This document shows, one piece after another, positions 56,501 to 64,000 of a stretch of 64,000 bases of DNA. Origin of the DNA: Pseudomonadota bacterium (lineage in GTDB: Bacteria > Bdellovibrionota > Bdellovibrionia > Bdellovibrionales > JACTMU01); contig JACTMU010000021.1 of assembly GCA_014584465.1 (NCBI GenBank), forward strand, positions 9,743 through 73,742, given 5' to 3'. The position numbers and the translations under genes were made by a program. The notes beneath the pieces are model-generated. The model ran no database searches. It was not told the origin of the DNA and saw only the letters and a list, made by a program, of their open reading frames with translations. The number at the start of each line of letters is the position of its first letter. Position 1 is the first letter of the stretch.

Positions 56501-57143
56501 CTTTTTGAGCTTGTCGCTGAAGGCTCTCCATCTGTCTCTTAAGTTCACCGACGATGTCGTTGAGGCGAACAAGGTTTTGATCCGTTGCCACAAGCTTTCT
56601 CTGAGACTCTCTTTTACGGGCCTTAAACTTGGTTATCCCGGCGGCCTCTTCGATGAGAACTCTGCGCTCCTCGGGGCGAGCTGTGATGATCTTGCCAATG
56701 GCTCCCTGTTCGATGATGCTAAACCCTTTGGACCCTGCGCCCGTGTCCATGAAGATCTCTTGGACATCTCTCAATCTACAGACTTCGCGATTGATCAAAT
56801 ACTCCGAATCACCTGATCGGTGAAGTCTTCGGGTGATCATGATCTCACTGTGTTTAAGGTACTGAACGGGAAAGGGACCTCCATCATTTTCCAGTGTCAG
56901 GGAAACTTCAGCCATTCCCATTGGAGCATACCCCTCAGCACCGGCAAAAATGACATCTTCCATGGAAGATCCGCGAAGATGCTTTGCCGACATCTCTCCC
57001 ATAACCCAAATGAGAGCGTCGACAATGTTCGACTTTCCACATCCATTGGGGCCCACAATTCCAGTGATGCCCTCATCAAATTGGATCACGGTGCGATCTT
57101 TAAAGGACTTAAAACCTACAAGTTCTAACTTCTTGATTCTCAA
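53556..57143 (-). CDS. smc: chromosome segregation protein SMC
   Basis: 1195 aa. GPNGCGKSNI Walker A, long coiled coils with a central hinge, MSGGEKALTAVALIF signature, LLDEVDAPLDDAN Walker B. Confidence 0.95.
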   Translation of the reverse strand: MRIKKLELVGFKSFKDRTVIQFDEGITGIVGPNGCGKSNIVDALIWVMGEMSAKHLRGSSMEDVIFAGAEGYAPMGMAEVSLTLENDGGPFPVQYLKHSEIMITRRLHRSGDSEYLINREVCRLRDVQEIFMDTGAGSKGFSIIEQGAIGKIITARPEERRVLIEEAAGITKFKARKRESQRKLVATDQNLVRLNDIVGELKRQMESLQRQAQKAAKYREVKNEIEQIDLVCSTKNYLHYQEESSKAREILLEKQERQAEAQSQMQTLESELAQERLKQTEKEKEVETLQKEHFEKQSELQKLEASLQELRFEIEQARRNKEMTGSLAEEQRLRKDLLTKDDERLSTKVHELRNEVSLLQSQYEERAGAFEENQALIENLDQELTDKRRELLAVSQTHSHLDAKVHAEEVRVQESRENLERIQLVLDELLLKRDEFTTRRNSLFSEVEGQRQMQLSIMQDIENFEANRQILEAKVAERRAEVETFKDRVNQISSRLYGLENMQSNFEGFQEGVRNVMLWQKQGDKSEYQLLSEMIEVPSQYEVAMEATLGTKLQVLVAQDSTQSLSAIEYLKNKKGGRSSFYSLSEGGGGSVVERTDQGPAPEMATGAVQAILSDVVSVVEEYRSALSPMLERVAIVDSISSALDLRPKFPKWTFVTPEGDLLSPDGVLTGGSSESADSGVLKRKREIKELSLQKEEWEGKLALAQVTQKKQEDQLKGVLGDLENAKKTATEQEIRVTTLQKDYERSEQELQSAQRALDRETREKESVDSQLQQRILKFDELQKHFQEMGEKKTTLETSVETIDEKLQSSQIGFDDLQNEVTELKVRLASKKQEADGLENQLKMVQENLRDVTDKLSRISVENEKSSESISTNQVLMEEKRLTLDHLITEVSDLARRLSQGKDDFEIIHRVCREHEEQLSQLVSSKSEILTTISEAQLKLEQVKMKQEYLVNQIEERYQRQLPELVEQYRNVEVDPDSEEKLKELRQKLGRMGDVNLSAIEEFEEISGRYEFMHQQQSDLIKAKEQLGKVIDKINRICSKRFKETFELVNERFQKVFPVLFGGGEAKLVLVEDQEKGEMGIDIIAKPPGKKMQNVTLMSGGEKALTAVALIFSIFLVKPSPYCLLDEVDAPLDDANVQRFNDLVREMAKRSQIIVVTHNKYTMEINKKLYGVTMEEKGVSKMVSVSLEDAHKVVG

Positions 57144-57166
57144 AGATTCATCCCCTTATTCGCTCT

Positions 57167-59845
57167 TCATACTTTTTTTGATTTGATGGAGGCTTGCGAA
57201 GCTGCAAGGCGAGCAATCGGAACTCGATAGGGGGAACAACTTACGTAGTTCATTCCTACGGATTCAAAGAAGAAGATGCTCTCAGGATCACCGCCATGCT
57301 CTCCGCAAATACCCACCTTTAACTTTGGTCGAGCCCGACGCCCTAAGTCAACCCCCATTTTTACAACTTTTCCAACACCTTCTTGATCAATCGAAACAAA
57401 GGGGTCTTGAGAGTAAATTCCATGACTTACGTAGGTGTCTAAAAATCGCCCTGCATCATCACGCGAAAGCCCCAATGTGGTTTGGGTGAGATCGTTGGTT
57501 CCGAAGCTGAAAAAATCAGCATATTCGGCAATCTCCTCGGCGGTGACTGCAGCTCTGGGAAGCTCAATCATCGTGCCAATCAGATAGTCAAAACTCAACT
57601 TCATCTCCTCTTGAACCTTCTTTGCCTCGGAGTGCACCAGATCTCTCATCTCCTTAAGTTCTCGTGCTGTTCCAATCAAAGGAATCATGATCTCTGGCTG
57701 AGGATGGAGCCCCTCTTTGATGAGGAGTGAGGTGGCTTCGGCAATGGCACGAACCTGCATTCTATAAATCTCGGGATAAGTAATGGCCAGTCGACACCCT
57801 CGATGTCCTAGCATAGGATTAAACTCATGGAGTGAACGAATGCGAGATCGAAGTTTATCAAAACTGACATCGAGTCGTTTGGCAAGCTCAGCAATCTCCT
57901 GATCATTTTGAGGAAGAAACTCGTGCAAAGGTGGATCCAGAAGACGAATCGTTACAGGATATCCTTCCATAACTCGTAGAATTCCTACGAAGTCTTCACG
58001 TTGCATGGGAAGAAGCTTTGATAAAGCCCGCTCTCTTGCGTCCCGAGTGTCGGCGATGATCATCTCTCGTACAGAATCGATTCGATCTTCACCAAAAAAC
58101 ATATGCTCTGTACGGCAAAGTCCGATTCCTGTTGCGCCAAACTCTCGTGCGACTTCGGCATCTCTGGGTGTGTCTGCGTTGGCTCGAACCCCCATAGTGC
58201 GAAATTGATCAGCAATCTCCATCAGCTTCCCAAACGAGCCACTGACTTCGGGTTCAATGGTCTTTACTTCACCAAGAAAGACCTCACCTGTGGATCCATC
58301 CAATGTGATGGTGTCCCCCTTTTTAAGGGCATAACCACGGACGCGCAAAGTCTCCTTCGTATAATCCACATCGATCTCACCACATCCTGCAACACAACAC
58401 TTGCCCATTCCTCGAGCGACCACTGCCGCATGAGAGGTCATCCCACCTCGAGTGGTGAGAATGCCCTCAGAAGCCACCATTCCATGGATGTCTTCTGGAG
58501 AGGTTTCAATTCGCACAAGAATGACCTTCTTCCCATCATCTTTCCAACGAGCAGCTTCGTCGCTGTCAAAGACAATCTGACCCGACACACCTCCAGGGCT
58601 TGCCGGAAGTCCCTTTGCCAAGAGCACCTTTTCAGCGTTGGGGTCCAGTCGTGGGTGGAGCAGCTGATCCAAACCCTTTGGATCAATGCGCATCACCGCC
58701 TCTTCAGGTTTGATGAGTTTTTCGTTCACCATGTCGATCGCAATTTGAAGCGCAGCCTGTGTGGTTCGCTTTCCATTTCGTGTCTGGAGCATCCAGAGTT
58801 TCTTGTTTTCAATGGTAAATTCAATGTCCTGCATGTCTCGATAGTGATTTTCAAGGCGCTGGTAAATTGAGACCAGCTCCTTAAAGACGTCGGGCATAAG
58901 CTCCTCAAGTGAAGGGAGTTCGGAATTTCCTCTCTGTCTTCGCGTCAGGGGCTGTGGTGTTCGAATGCCTGCAACCACATCTTCGCCCTGGGCGTTGACC
59001 AGAAACTCTCCAAAAAAGAGTTTTTCCCCTGTTGAGGGGTCCCGTGTAAAGGCAACACCCGTTGCGGAGTCATCACCAAGATTTCCAAAGACCATCGATT
59101 GCACATTCACCGCTGTTCCCCACTCTTCGGGGATGTCGTGAAGCTTACGGTAGGTGATCGCGCGTGGTGTGTGCCAACTCTTAAAAACGGCGGAGATTGC
59201 GCCCCAAAGCTGTTCTTTGGGATCGGAAGGAAATGCACTCCCTGTGCTCTCGAGAATTTGGCGTTTGAACTTGGTCACAAGTTCTTTGAGGTCTGTTTCC
59301 GTGAGTTCACTGTCGAGCTTGTACCTCTTAAGATCCTTATAGTCTTCGAGAGTGACCTCAAGAAGACTTGAGTTCATCCCCATCACCACATCGGAATACA
59401 TCTGAACAAATCGTCGATAGGAGTCCCAGGCAAAGCGTGGATGTCCAGAAGCTATTGCCAATCCCATTACGGTCTCATCGTTAAGACCTAAGTTCAAAAT
59501 GGTGTCCATCATTCCGGGCATACTGGCTCTTGCCCCAGAGCGAACGCTGACCAAAAGAGGATTTTTGGGATCACCAAATTTTTTTCCGATGAGCCCTTCG
59601 ACGCGTGCAAGAGCCTTTTCAACCTCCCCTTTAAGGTCCTCTGGAAGCTTTTTACCGGCTTCGTAGAAGAGCCTGCAAACTTCCGTTGAGATGGTAAATC
59701 CCGGGGGCACAGGGATTCCAAGTGCCGTCATCTCAGCCAAGTTAGCACCTTTTCCTCCTAAGATGTCCTTCATCTTGGCATTTCCGTCAGCCTGATTGGA
59801 GGCAAAAAAGTAGACGCTCTTTTCTAAGCCACGAATCGAGTTCAT
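57167..59845 (-). CDS. ppdK: pyruvate, phosphate dikinase
   Basis: 892 aa. GGMTSHAAVVARGMGK phosphohistidine motif, GLCRTEHMF, GICGEHGGDP. Confidence 0.95.
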   Translation of the reverse strand: MNSIRGLEKSVYFFASNQADGNAKMKDILGGKGANLAEMTALGIPVPPGFTISTEVCRLFYEAGKKLPEDLKGEVEKALARVEGLIGKKFGDPKNPLLVSVRSGARASMPGMMDTILNLGLNDETVMGLAIASGHPRFAWDSYRRFVQMYSDVVMGMNSSLLEVTLEDYKDLKRYKLDSELTETDLKELVTKFKRQILESTGSAFPSDPKEQLWGAISAVFKSWHTPRAITYRKLHDIPEEWGTAVNVQSMVFGNLGDDSATGVAFTRDPSTGEKLFFGEFLVNAQGEDVVAGIRTPQPLTRRQRGNSELPSLEELMPDVFKELVSIYQRLENHYRDMQDIEFTIENKKLWMLQTRNGKRTTQAALQIAIDMVNEKLIKPEEAVMRIDPKGLDQLLHPRLDPNAEKVLLAKGLPASPGGVSGQIVFDSDEAARWKDDGKKVILVRIETSPEDIHGMVASEGILTTRGGMTSHAAVVARGMGKCCVAGCGEIDVDYTKETLRVRGYALKKGDTITLDGSTGEVFLGEVKTIEPEVSGSFGKLMEIADQFRTMGVRANADTPRDAEVAREFGATGIGLCRTEHMFFGEDRIDSVREMIIADTRDARERALSKLLPMQREDFVGILRVMEGYPVTIRLLDPPLHEFLPQNDQEIAELAKRLDVSFDKLRSRIRSLHEFNPMLGHRGCRLAITYPEIYRMQVRAIAEATSLLIKEGLHPQPEIMIPLIGTARELKEMRDLVHSEAKKVQEEMKLSFDYLIGTMIELPRAAVTAEEIAEYADFFSFGTNDLTQTTLGLSRDDAGRFLDTYVSHGIYSQDPFVSIDQEGVGKVVKMGVDLGRRARPKLKVGICGEHGGDPESIFFFESVGMNYVSCSPYRVPIARLAASQASIKSKKV

Positions 59846-59846
59846 G

Positions 59847-61178
59847 TTATCTTCCCCACTGGTGAAATTGATTGGCTATGTACTCGCGGATCTTTGACAG
59901 ATCGATGCGCTCTTGGGCCATCGTATCGCGATGTCGGATCGTGGCCTTTTGATCTTCGATCGAATCAAAATCGACTGTGATACAAAATGGAGTTCCAATC
60001 TCATCCTGGCGTCGATATCTTTTTCCGATGCTACCAGCGTCGTCATATTCCACGTCCCAAATTTCACACAGTTCGACTCGAAGACGATGGGCCATCTCCT
60101 GAAGTGGAGGCTTCTTGGAGAGAGGCAGAAGAGCTGCTTTGATGGGAGCAAGTTTTGGATGCAACTTCAAAACCACCCGCGTGTCTTTTTCCCCTTGAGC
60201 CGTGGTGGCCTCTTCCTCGAGATAGGCGTCGCAAAGAACCGCAAGGCAAAGACGATCACAGCCTACAGCGGTCTCAATCACATAAGGGATGAACTTCTCC
60301 CCACTGGCTTCGTCAAAGTAGAGTAAACTCTTCCCACTGTGTTTTTGGTGTTGACTTAAATCAAAGTCACTTCGGTTGTGGATTCCCTCAAGCTCCTGCC
60401 ATCCAAATGGAAATTGATATTGAACATCAAAAGCGGCCTTACAGTAGTGAGCAAGCTCCTTAGGACCATGTGCGTGAAATCGCAACTGATCTTTACGCAA
60501 ACCAAGATCACTGTAAAACTTCCATCGAATCTCTTTCCACTCTTCAAATCGTTGATCATCTTCTCCAGGTTTGATGAAATACTGCATCTCCATCTGTTCA
60601 AACTCGCGAGTACGGAAGGTGAAGTTTCCGGGGGTGATTTCGTTGCGAAAAGATTTTCCAATCTGTGCAATTCCAAAAGGGATCTTCATTCGTGAAGAGA
60701 CACGAACATTTTCAAAATTGACGAAGATTCCCTGGGCAGTTTCGGGTCTCAGATAGACCACCGAGGCGTCGTCCTCAACAGGCCCCATAAATGTCTTGAA
60801 CATCAAATTGAAATTTCGGGGTTCTGTGAGCTCGCCACCACAAGAGGGGCACCTCTTCTCTTTAAGAAGATCCTCTCGGAAACGGGACTTACAACCCTTG
60901 CAATCCACCAGAGGGTCCGAAAATCCATCGACATGGCCCGAGGCCACCCAGACCTGAGGAGCCATCAAAATGGAGGCATCAAGTCCCACAATGTCATCTC
61001 GACGAGTCATTGCCTCCCACCAGGCCCGTTTGACATTCATCTTTAGCAGTGATCCCAAAGGGCCATAGTCCCAACATGAGTTGAGTCCTCCATAAATTTC
61101 ACTACTTTGAAAGACGAACCCCCTTCTTTTGCAAAGGGAGACCATTGTGGAAAGCTCTTGCAGGTACTTGACAGCCAT
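59847..61178 (-). CDS. glyQS: glycine--tRNA ligase (alpha2 dimeric type)
   Basis: 443 aa. Class II aaRS motifs including [25 protein letters not shown]. The stop lies 1 nt before the ppdK start. Confidence 0.93.
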   Translation of the reverse strand: MAVKYLQELSTMVSLCKRRGFVFQSSEIYGGLNSCWDYGPLGSLLKMNVKRAWWEAMTRRDDIVGLDASILMAPQVWVASGHVDGFSDPLVDCKGCKSRFREDLLKEKRCPSCGGELTEPRNFNLMFKTFMGPVEDDASVVYLRPETAQGIFVNFENVRVSSRMKIPFGIAQIGKSFRNEITPGNFTFRTREFEQMEMQYFIKPGEDDQRFEEWKEIRWKFYSDLGLRKDQLRFHAHGPKELAHYCKAAFDVQYQFPFGWQELEGIHNRSDFDLSQHQKHSGKSLLYFDEASGEKFIPYVIETAVGCDRLCLAVLCDAYLEEEATTAQGEKDTRVVLKLHPKLAPIKAALLPLSKKPPLQEMAHRLRVELCEIWDVEYDDAGSIGKRYRRQDEIGTPFCITVDFDSIEDQKATIRHRDTMAQERIDLSKIREYIANQFHQWGR

Positions 61179-61329
61179 AGATCCTCCAAAAATCAGATCT
61201 CGATCATTTTGTTTTAACCAGAAGCGTCAGTTGGTTGAGTGAAGAGATAGTTTACAGCTAACACTGGCCCTCAGTCGAGTCAAGAAATCGAGGCTTGCAG
61301 AGTTTTTCATTTTTCTAGAAAATCATAGT

Positions 61330-61677
61330 ATGTTCAGATGGTTAGCACTATGCAAAATGATGGGTCTTGGCTTGGCTTTGGGTTCTCTACTGACCCTCGT
61401 TCCATACTCTTCCCTTGGGAGAGACAAGAGAGCCAAAGTTGATCCCGCGCTCGTTAAGAGAGAGGAGATGGTGACCATGTCGCGCCACCTTGGAGTGACG
61501 TGTGCCTACTGCCATGACACCCACAATTTCTTAGACACGAAGATGCCCGCCTACAAAAAGGCTTTAGAACACATTCGTCTGGTCGACCTCTTGAAGAAGA
61601 ATGGTTTTAAGGGAGCCTCGGAGGCAACCTGTTACATGTGTCATCGAGGAAAAGTCATTCCTGATTTCAAAGAGTAG
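61330..61677 (+). CDS. small dihaem c-type cytochrome (reaction-centre cytochrome c subunit-like family)
   Basis: Signal peptide and two CxxCH sites (CAYCH, CYMCH) spaced as in CytoC_RC-like small cytochromes. Confidence 0.6.
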   Translation: MFRWLALCKMMGLGLALGSLLTLVPYSSLGRDKRAKVDPALVKREEMVTMSRHLGVTCAYCHDTHNFLDTKMPAYKKALEHIRLVDLLKKNGFKGASEATCYMCHRGKVIPDFKE

Positions 61678-62074
61678 ACTTCTTTATTGCATCCAACGCC
61701 TTCATCATGAGTTCACGGTCAACTTGAGAGTTTTGTAGGATCTTAAGGTAGCGTTGTTCTACATCTTTGAGCGAGGCTCCCGCAGGGAGTTCAAGTGTTT
61801 GGTATGCGTCCCACATCTTTCCTTTGTGTTCAAAATGGACATTCAAACTGCGCATGGAGTGCTCTGAACATTGGCTTTCCTCCTCGATGCCCGAGGGCTC
61901 AGGATCGACTCGTCGAAGGTCACTGTGAGATTTGCCACGCTGAGAGGGAACACGGCTTCTGATCCCAGCCCTCAACTTGAGACGACTGGGGGTCTTGTGT
62001 TTACGTTTCAGGAAGATCAAAAGAAAGAGAAAAAGAAGGAGAAGATTGAGGATTATTACTTGATTCGCGCTCAT
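61667..62074 (-). CDS. membrane-anchored hypothetical protein with a degenerate J-domain-like C-terminus
   Basis: TM VIILNLLLLFLFLLIFL, basic linker, C-terminal WDAYQTLELPAGASLKDVEQRYLKIL with no HPD tripeptide. The start at 62074 was chosen to avoid overlap with mrp. Confidence 0.35.
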   Translation of the reverse strand: MSANQVIILNLLLLFLFLLIFLKRKHKTPSRLKLRAGIRSRVPSQRGKSHSDLRRVDPEPSGIEEESQCSEHSMRSLNVHFEHKGKMWDAYQTLELPAGASLKDVEQRYLKILQNSQVDRELMMKALDAIKKSTL

Positions 62075-62127
62075 CCATCCATTATTGGAGAGTCCAACAC
62101 CTTTGCCAAGAAGAAACAAGGAGAGCG

Positions 62128-62952
62128 ATGATGGCTGGACATGGAAATCCATTTGATGCGCAGGAGCCTATTAAAGGCGTCAAACATGTTATTTTGGTAG
62201 GTTCAGGAAAGGGAGGGGTTGGAAAGAGCACGGTCACCGTGAACTTGGCGCTCGCGTTGGCCCAAACTGGTGCTCAGGTCGGCTTGCTGGATGCCGACAT
62301 CTATGGGCCAAGTCTTCCGAGAATGTTGGGATGTTTGGGACAAAAGCCGATGCTCAGCGAAGATCATCTCTTGCTGCCGCTTGAGCGAATGGGTTTGCGC
62401 CTGATGAGTATTGGTTTTTTGGTGGACGAAGGGGCTGCTCTTATATGGAGGGGTCCGATGCTCTTTAAGGCGCTTGATCAGTTTTTTCGTGAAGTCTATT
62501 GGGGCGATCTCGATTATCTCGTGGTGGACTTGCCTCCCGGGACGGGGGACGTTCAACTCTCAATTGCTCAGAAGGTTCCTGTCAGTGGAGCGATTGTTGT
62601 GACCACTCCACAAAATGTCGCGCTCAGTGATGTCAAGCGAGCCGTTGACATGTTTACAAAGGTGAAGGTGCCCATTCTCGGATTGATCGAAAATATGTCC
62701 TACTTTCAACCCCAAGGCCAATCAGAGAGATATCAACTTTTTCCCAAAGGGGAGCTTGATCAATATCTTAAAGAGACAGCTATTGAAAAACTTGCCGAAC
62801 TTCCGTTTAACACTCAAATTTCGATGGCGGGCGAAGTTGGAATCCCCTATGTCGAGAGTCATCGCGATGCCAAAGAGGCCAAGATCTTTGCCGAGATCGC
62901 CAAGCGCATTCGAACAACCGATTTGAATGCAGAAGGTGATCCCAACAGCTAA
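62128..62952 (+). CDS. apbC: Mrp/NBP35-family iron-sulfur cluster carrier ATPase
   Basis: VGSGKGGVGKSTVTVNLA deviant Walker A, DLPPGTGD, ENMSYF motifs. Confidence 0.9.
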   Translation: MMAGHGNPFDAQEPIKGVKHVILVGSGKGGVGKSTVTVNLALALAQTGAQVGLLDADIYGPSLPRMLGCLGQKPMLSEDHLLLPLERMGLRLMSIGFLVDEGAALIWRGPMLFKALDQFFREVYWGDLDYLVVDLPPGTGDVQLSIAQKVPVSGAIVVTTPQNVALSDVKRAVDMFTKVKVPILGLIENMSYFQPQGQSERYQLFPKGELDQYLKETAIEKLAELPFNTQISMAGEVGIPYVESHRDAKEAKIFAEIAKRIRTTDLNAEGDPNS

Positions 62953-63059
62953 CTTCTTCGAAATTGTAGAACTTAGGCCCCAAATCACTCCATTTTCGAA
63001 TCAGGGTCTCTTTGCGGCTCTTGGATTTCACAGTCAAGAAGATTGGATTTGACCAGGTA

Positions 63060-63545
63060 CTAGATTTCGTTTGCGGCCTGATCCTTTTGGTAAGTTTCGT
63101 AAACAAAGATGGGTATCTTGAGTGAACTGAGATGCTCTTCCAGAAGGGTTTTAACGTCAGGCCATTTCAGGCCACCAACACCGGTCGCCAATTTGGTGAT
63201 CGCCACACTCTTAAGTTTGTGGGCCTCAATCTCTTTGACGAGTTGTTTTAGGCAGTGGTTGACATGCTTTAATTCCGCCACTCCTGGGTGGCCACTTTTG
63301 TCATGAGGATGCTCTTGTGTCAGAAGATTGATGATGATCGGTGAATCCGCACCTTTCCAACTCCAGAGCCCTCCCTCTGTGGGATGTTCGGTATGGCAAT
63401 AGTGCCTGAAATCTTTGTAGAGACTCGGCCATCGTTCTCTTATCGAAAGTGCAAGTCCCTGGGCAAAATGATCATTGGGTGCTACGCCGTGGGCAAGAGC
63501 ATCAGCCTTTGTCAGCAGAATGTCGCCTGTTACATATTTAAGCAT
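63060..63545 (-). CDS. macro domain (ADP-ribose binding/processing) protein
   Basis: MLKYVTGDILLTKADALAHGVAPND..GLALSIRERWP and ..AITKLATGVGGL.. fit a macro-domain layout. GGGGAGGAG RBS lies before the ATGs at 63551 and 63545. Confidence 0.6.
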   Translation of the reverse strand: MLKYVTGDILLTKADALAHGVAPNDHFAQGLALSIRERWPSLYKDFRHYCHTEHPTEGGLWSWKGADSPIIINLLTQEHPHDKSGHPGVAELKHVNHCLKQLVKEIEAHKLKSVAITKLATGVGGLKWPDVKTLLEEHLSSLKIPIFVYETYQKDQAANEI

Positions 63546-63682
63546 ATTCATCTCCTCCCCTTGGACTCTGTGAACAACACAGAGAGTCTCTGCCCATTCC
63601 ATTCGTTGAAAACCGAGGGCCCAATAGTTTCTTATTTGCGCAAGAAAGACAAAGGATTTTTAGCACGGATCCGGTTTAGAAT

Positions 63683-64000
63683 CTAAAGGAGTTCTCCTGC
63701 CAGAACGGGCTCCCCCTTGCCAAATGGAGAGGGGATGACTTGGTCGATCCGCACCTCACACTCTTGTCCAAAATGGCGGGATTTTTGGTCTAAACCTCGT
63801 ATTGAGACAGGCCAGTAGGTCCGACTGAGACCTGATGCGCCGTGAGAATTCCCCTTGAGGAGGAGCACCTTGTGGATTGAGCCGATCTCTTGAATTGCCT
63901 CGCTCTTCATTCGTTCATCGCTGAGTTGACGGAGAATCTTGGCGCGACTCCTTCGGGAAGAGAGAGCCACAGAGGAGGGGAGTTTCGTTGCCAAAGTGCC
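63683..64000 (-). CDS. radical-SAM methylthiotransferase (MiaB/RimO/MtaB family), C-terminal TRAM-domain fragment; gene runs off the right edge
   Basis: The frame is open to position 64000; the track's M at 63994 is an internal TTG. ..RRSRAKILRQLSDERMKSEAIQEIGSIHKVLLL... then GQECEVRIDQVI resembles a post-radical-SAM linker plus TRAM domain. Confidence 0.5.
   Translation of the reverse strand, partial: GTLATKLPSSVALSSRRSRAKILRQLSDERMKSEAIQEIGSIHKVLLLKGNSHGASGLSRTYWPVSIRGLDQKSRHFGQECEVRIDQVIPSPFGKGEPVLAGELL

Noticed and set aside
55557-56816. Two long plus-strand ORFs (203 and 206 aa) inside smc
   Set aside because: They are antisense to the unambiguous SMC coiled-coil region. Their Leu/Phe/Ser-rich low-complexity translations are the expected mirror of Glu/Lys/Leu codons.
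53556-57143. SMC-like ATPase as a possible Wadjet/Lamassu-type defence component
   Set aside because: It has canonical chromosomal SMC length, hinge and motifs. No JetA/B/D-like or nuclease partners are present, and it is flanked by ppdK and an SH3b gene.
58103-58870. 255-aa plus-strand ORF inside ppdK. Similar antisense ORFs occur in putA (4820-5506), hflX (36330-37022), maeB (38086-38667), fadJ (42014-42655), the hppD/FAH-gene region (16618-17402) and the AMMECR1/MEMO pair (949-1479).
   Set aside because: All lie fully within strongly supported genes on the opposite strand and have no motifs or RBS.
63060-63545. Macro domain protein as the antitoxin of a DarTG-like module
   Set aside because: No DarT-like or other toxin gene is adjacent. 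The neighbours are mrp and a methylthiotransferase, so this looks like a stand-alone housekeeping macro domain.
1-64000. Scan for CRISPR arrays, rRNA/tRNA genes, transposases, integrases and prophage genes
   Set aside because: None was recognised by eye on either strand. A tRNAscan, Infernal and ISfinder run would be needed to confirm this.

Overview
Compact, almost fully coding chromosomal window with 58 protein-coding calls (two truncated at the window edges). I recognised no rRNA, tRNA, CRISPR array, transposase, integrase or known phage-defence system. Content is housekeeping plus catabolism: partial atpB, an AMMECR1/MEMO pair, putA, rhomboid, crcB, a complete homogentisate operon (hmgA-hppD-fah-maiA), pilT, pgpA-pncC-recA, an acyl-CoA ligase, a Hanks kinase with PEGA domains, coaE, hflX, maeB, fadIJ, plsC with a MacAB/Lol-like ABC exporter, a LysR regulator, smc, ppdK, glyQS and mrp. 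Many lipobox proteins, PilT, the PEGA kinase and an RC-type cytochrome c suggest a Bdellovibrionota or deltaproteobacterium-like Gram-negative; this is inference only. Non-routine items: (1) a nine-gene envelope locus (26.8-35.6 kb) with three paralogous FadL/TraF-like barrels, two 8-Cys lipoproteins, a GT-C glycosyltransferase and a GT2-YdjC fusion; (2) a dispersed nested-palindrome intergenic repeat family whose two best copies bracket fadIJ and show mirrored substitutions in both arms; (3) a 94-nt element with a perfect 13-bp closing stem around three hairpins, downstream of hflX; (4) a divergent RelA/SpoT-like nucleotidyltransferase heading a plsC-ABC exporter operon; (5) three tandem small acidic secreted proteins, one below the ORF-track cutoff. 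Nothing here is a clear-cut novel system, and the envelope locus is the best candidate. All calls rest on motif recognition by eye. Start codons are approximate, and no database search, HMM or folding computation was run.
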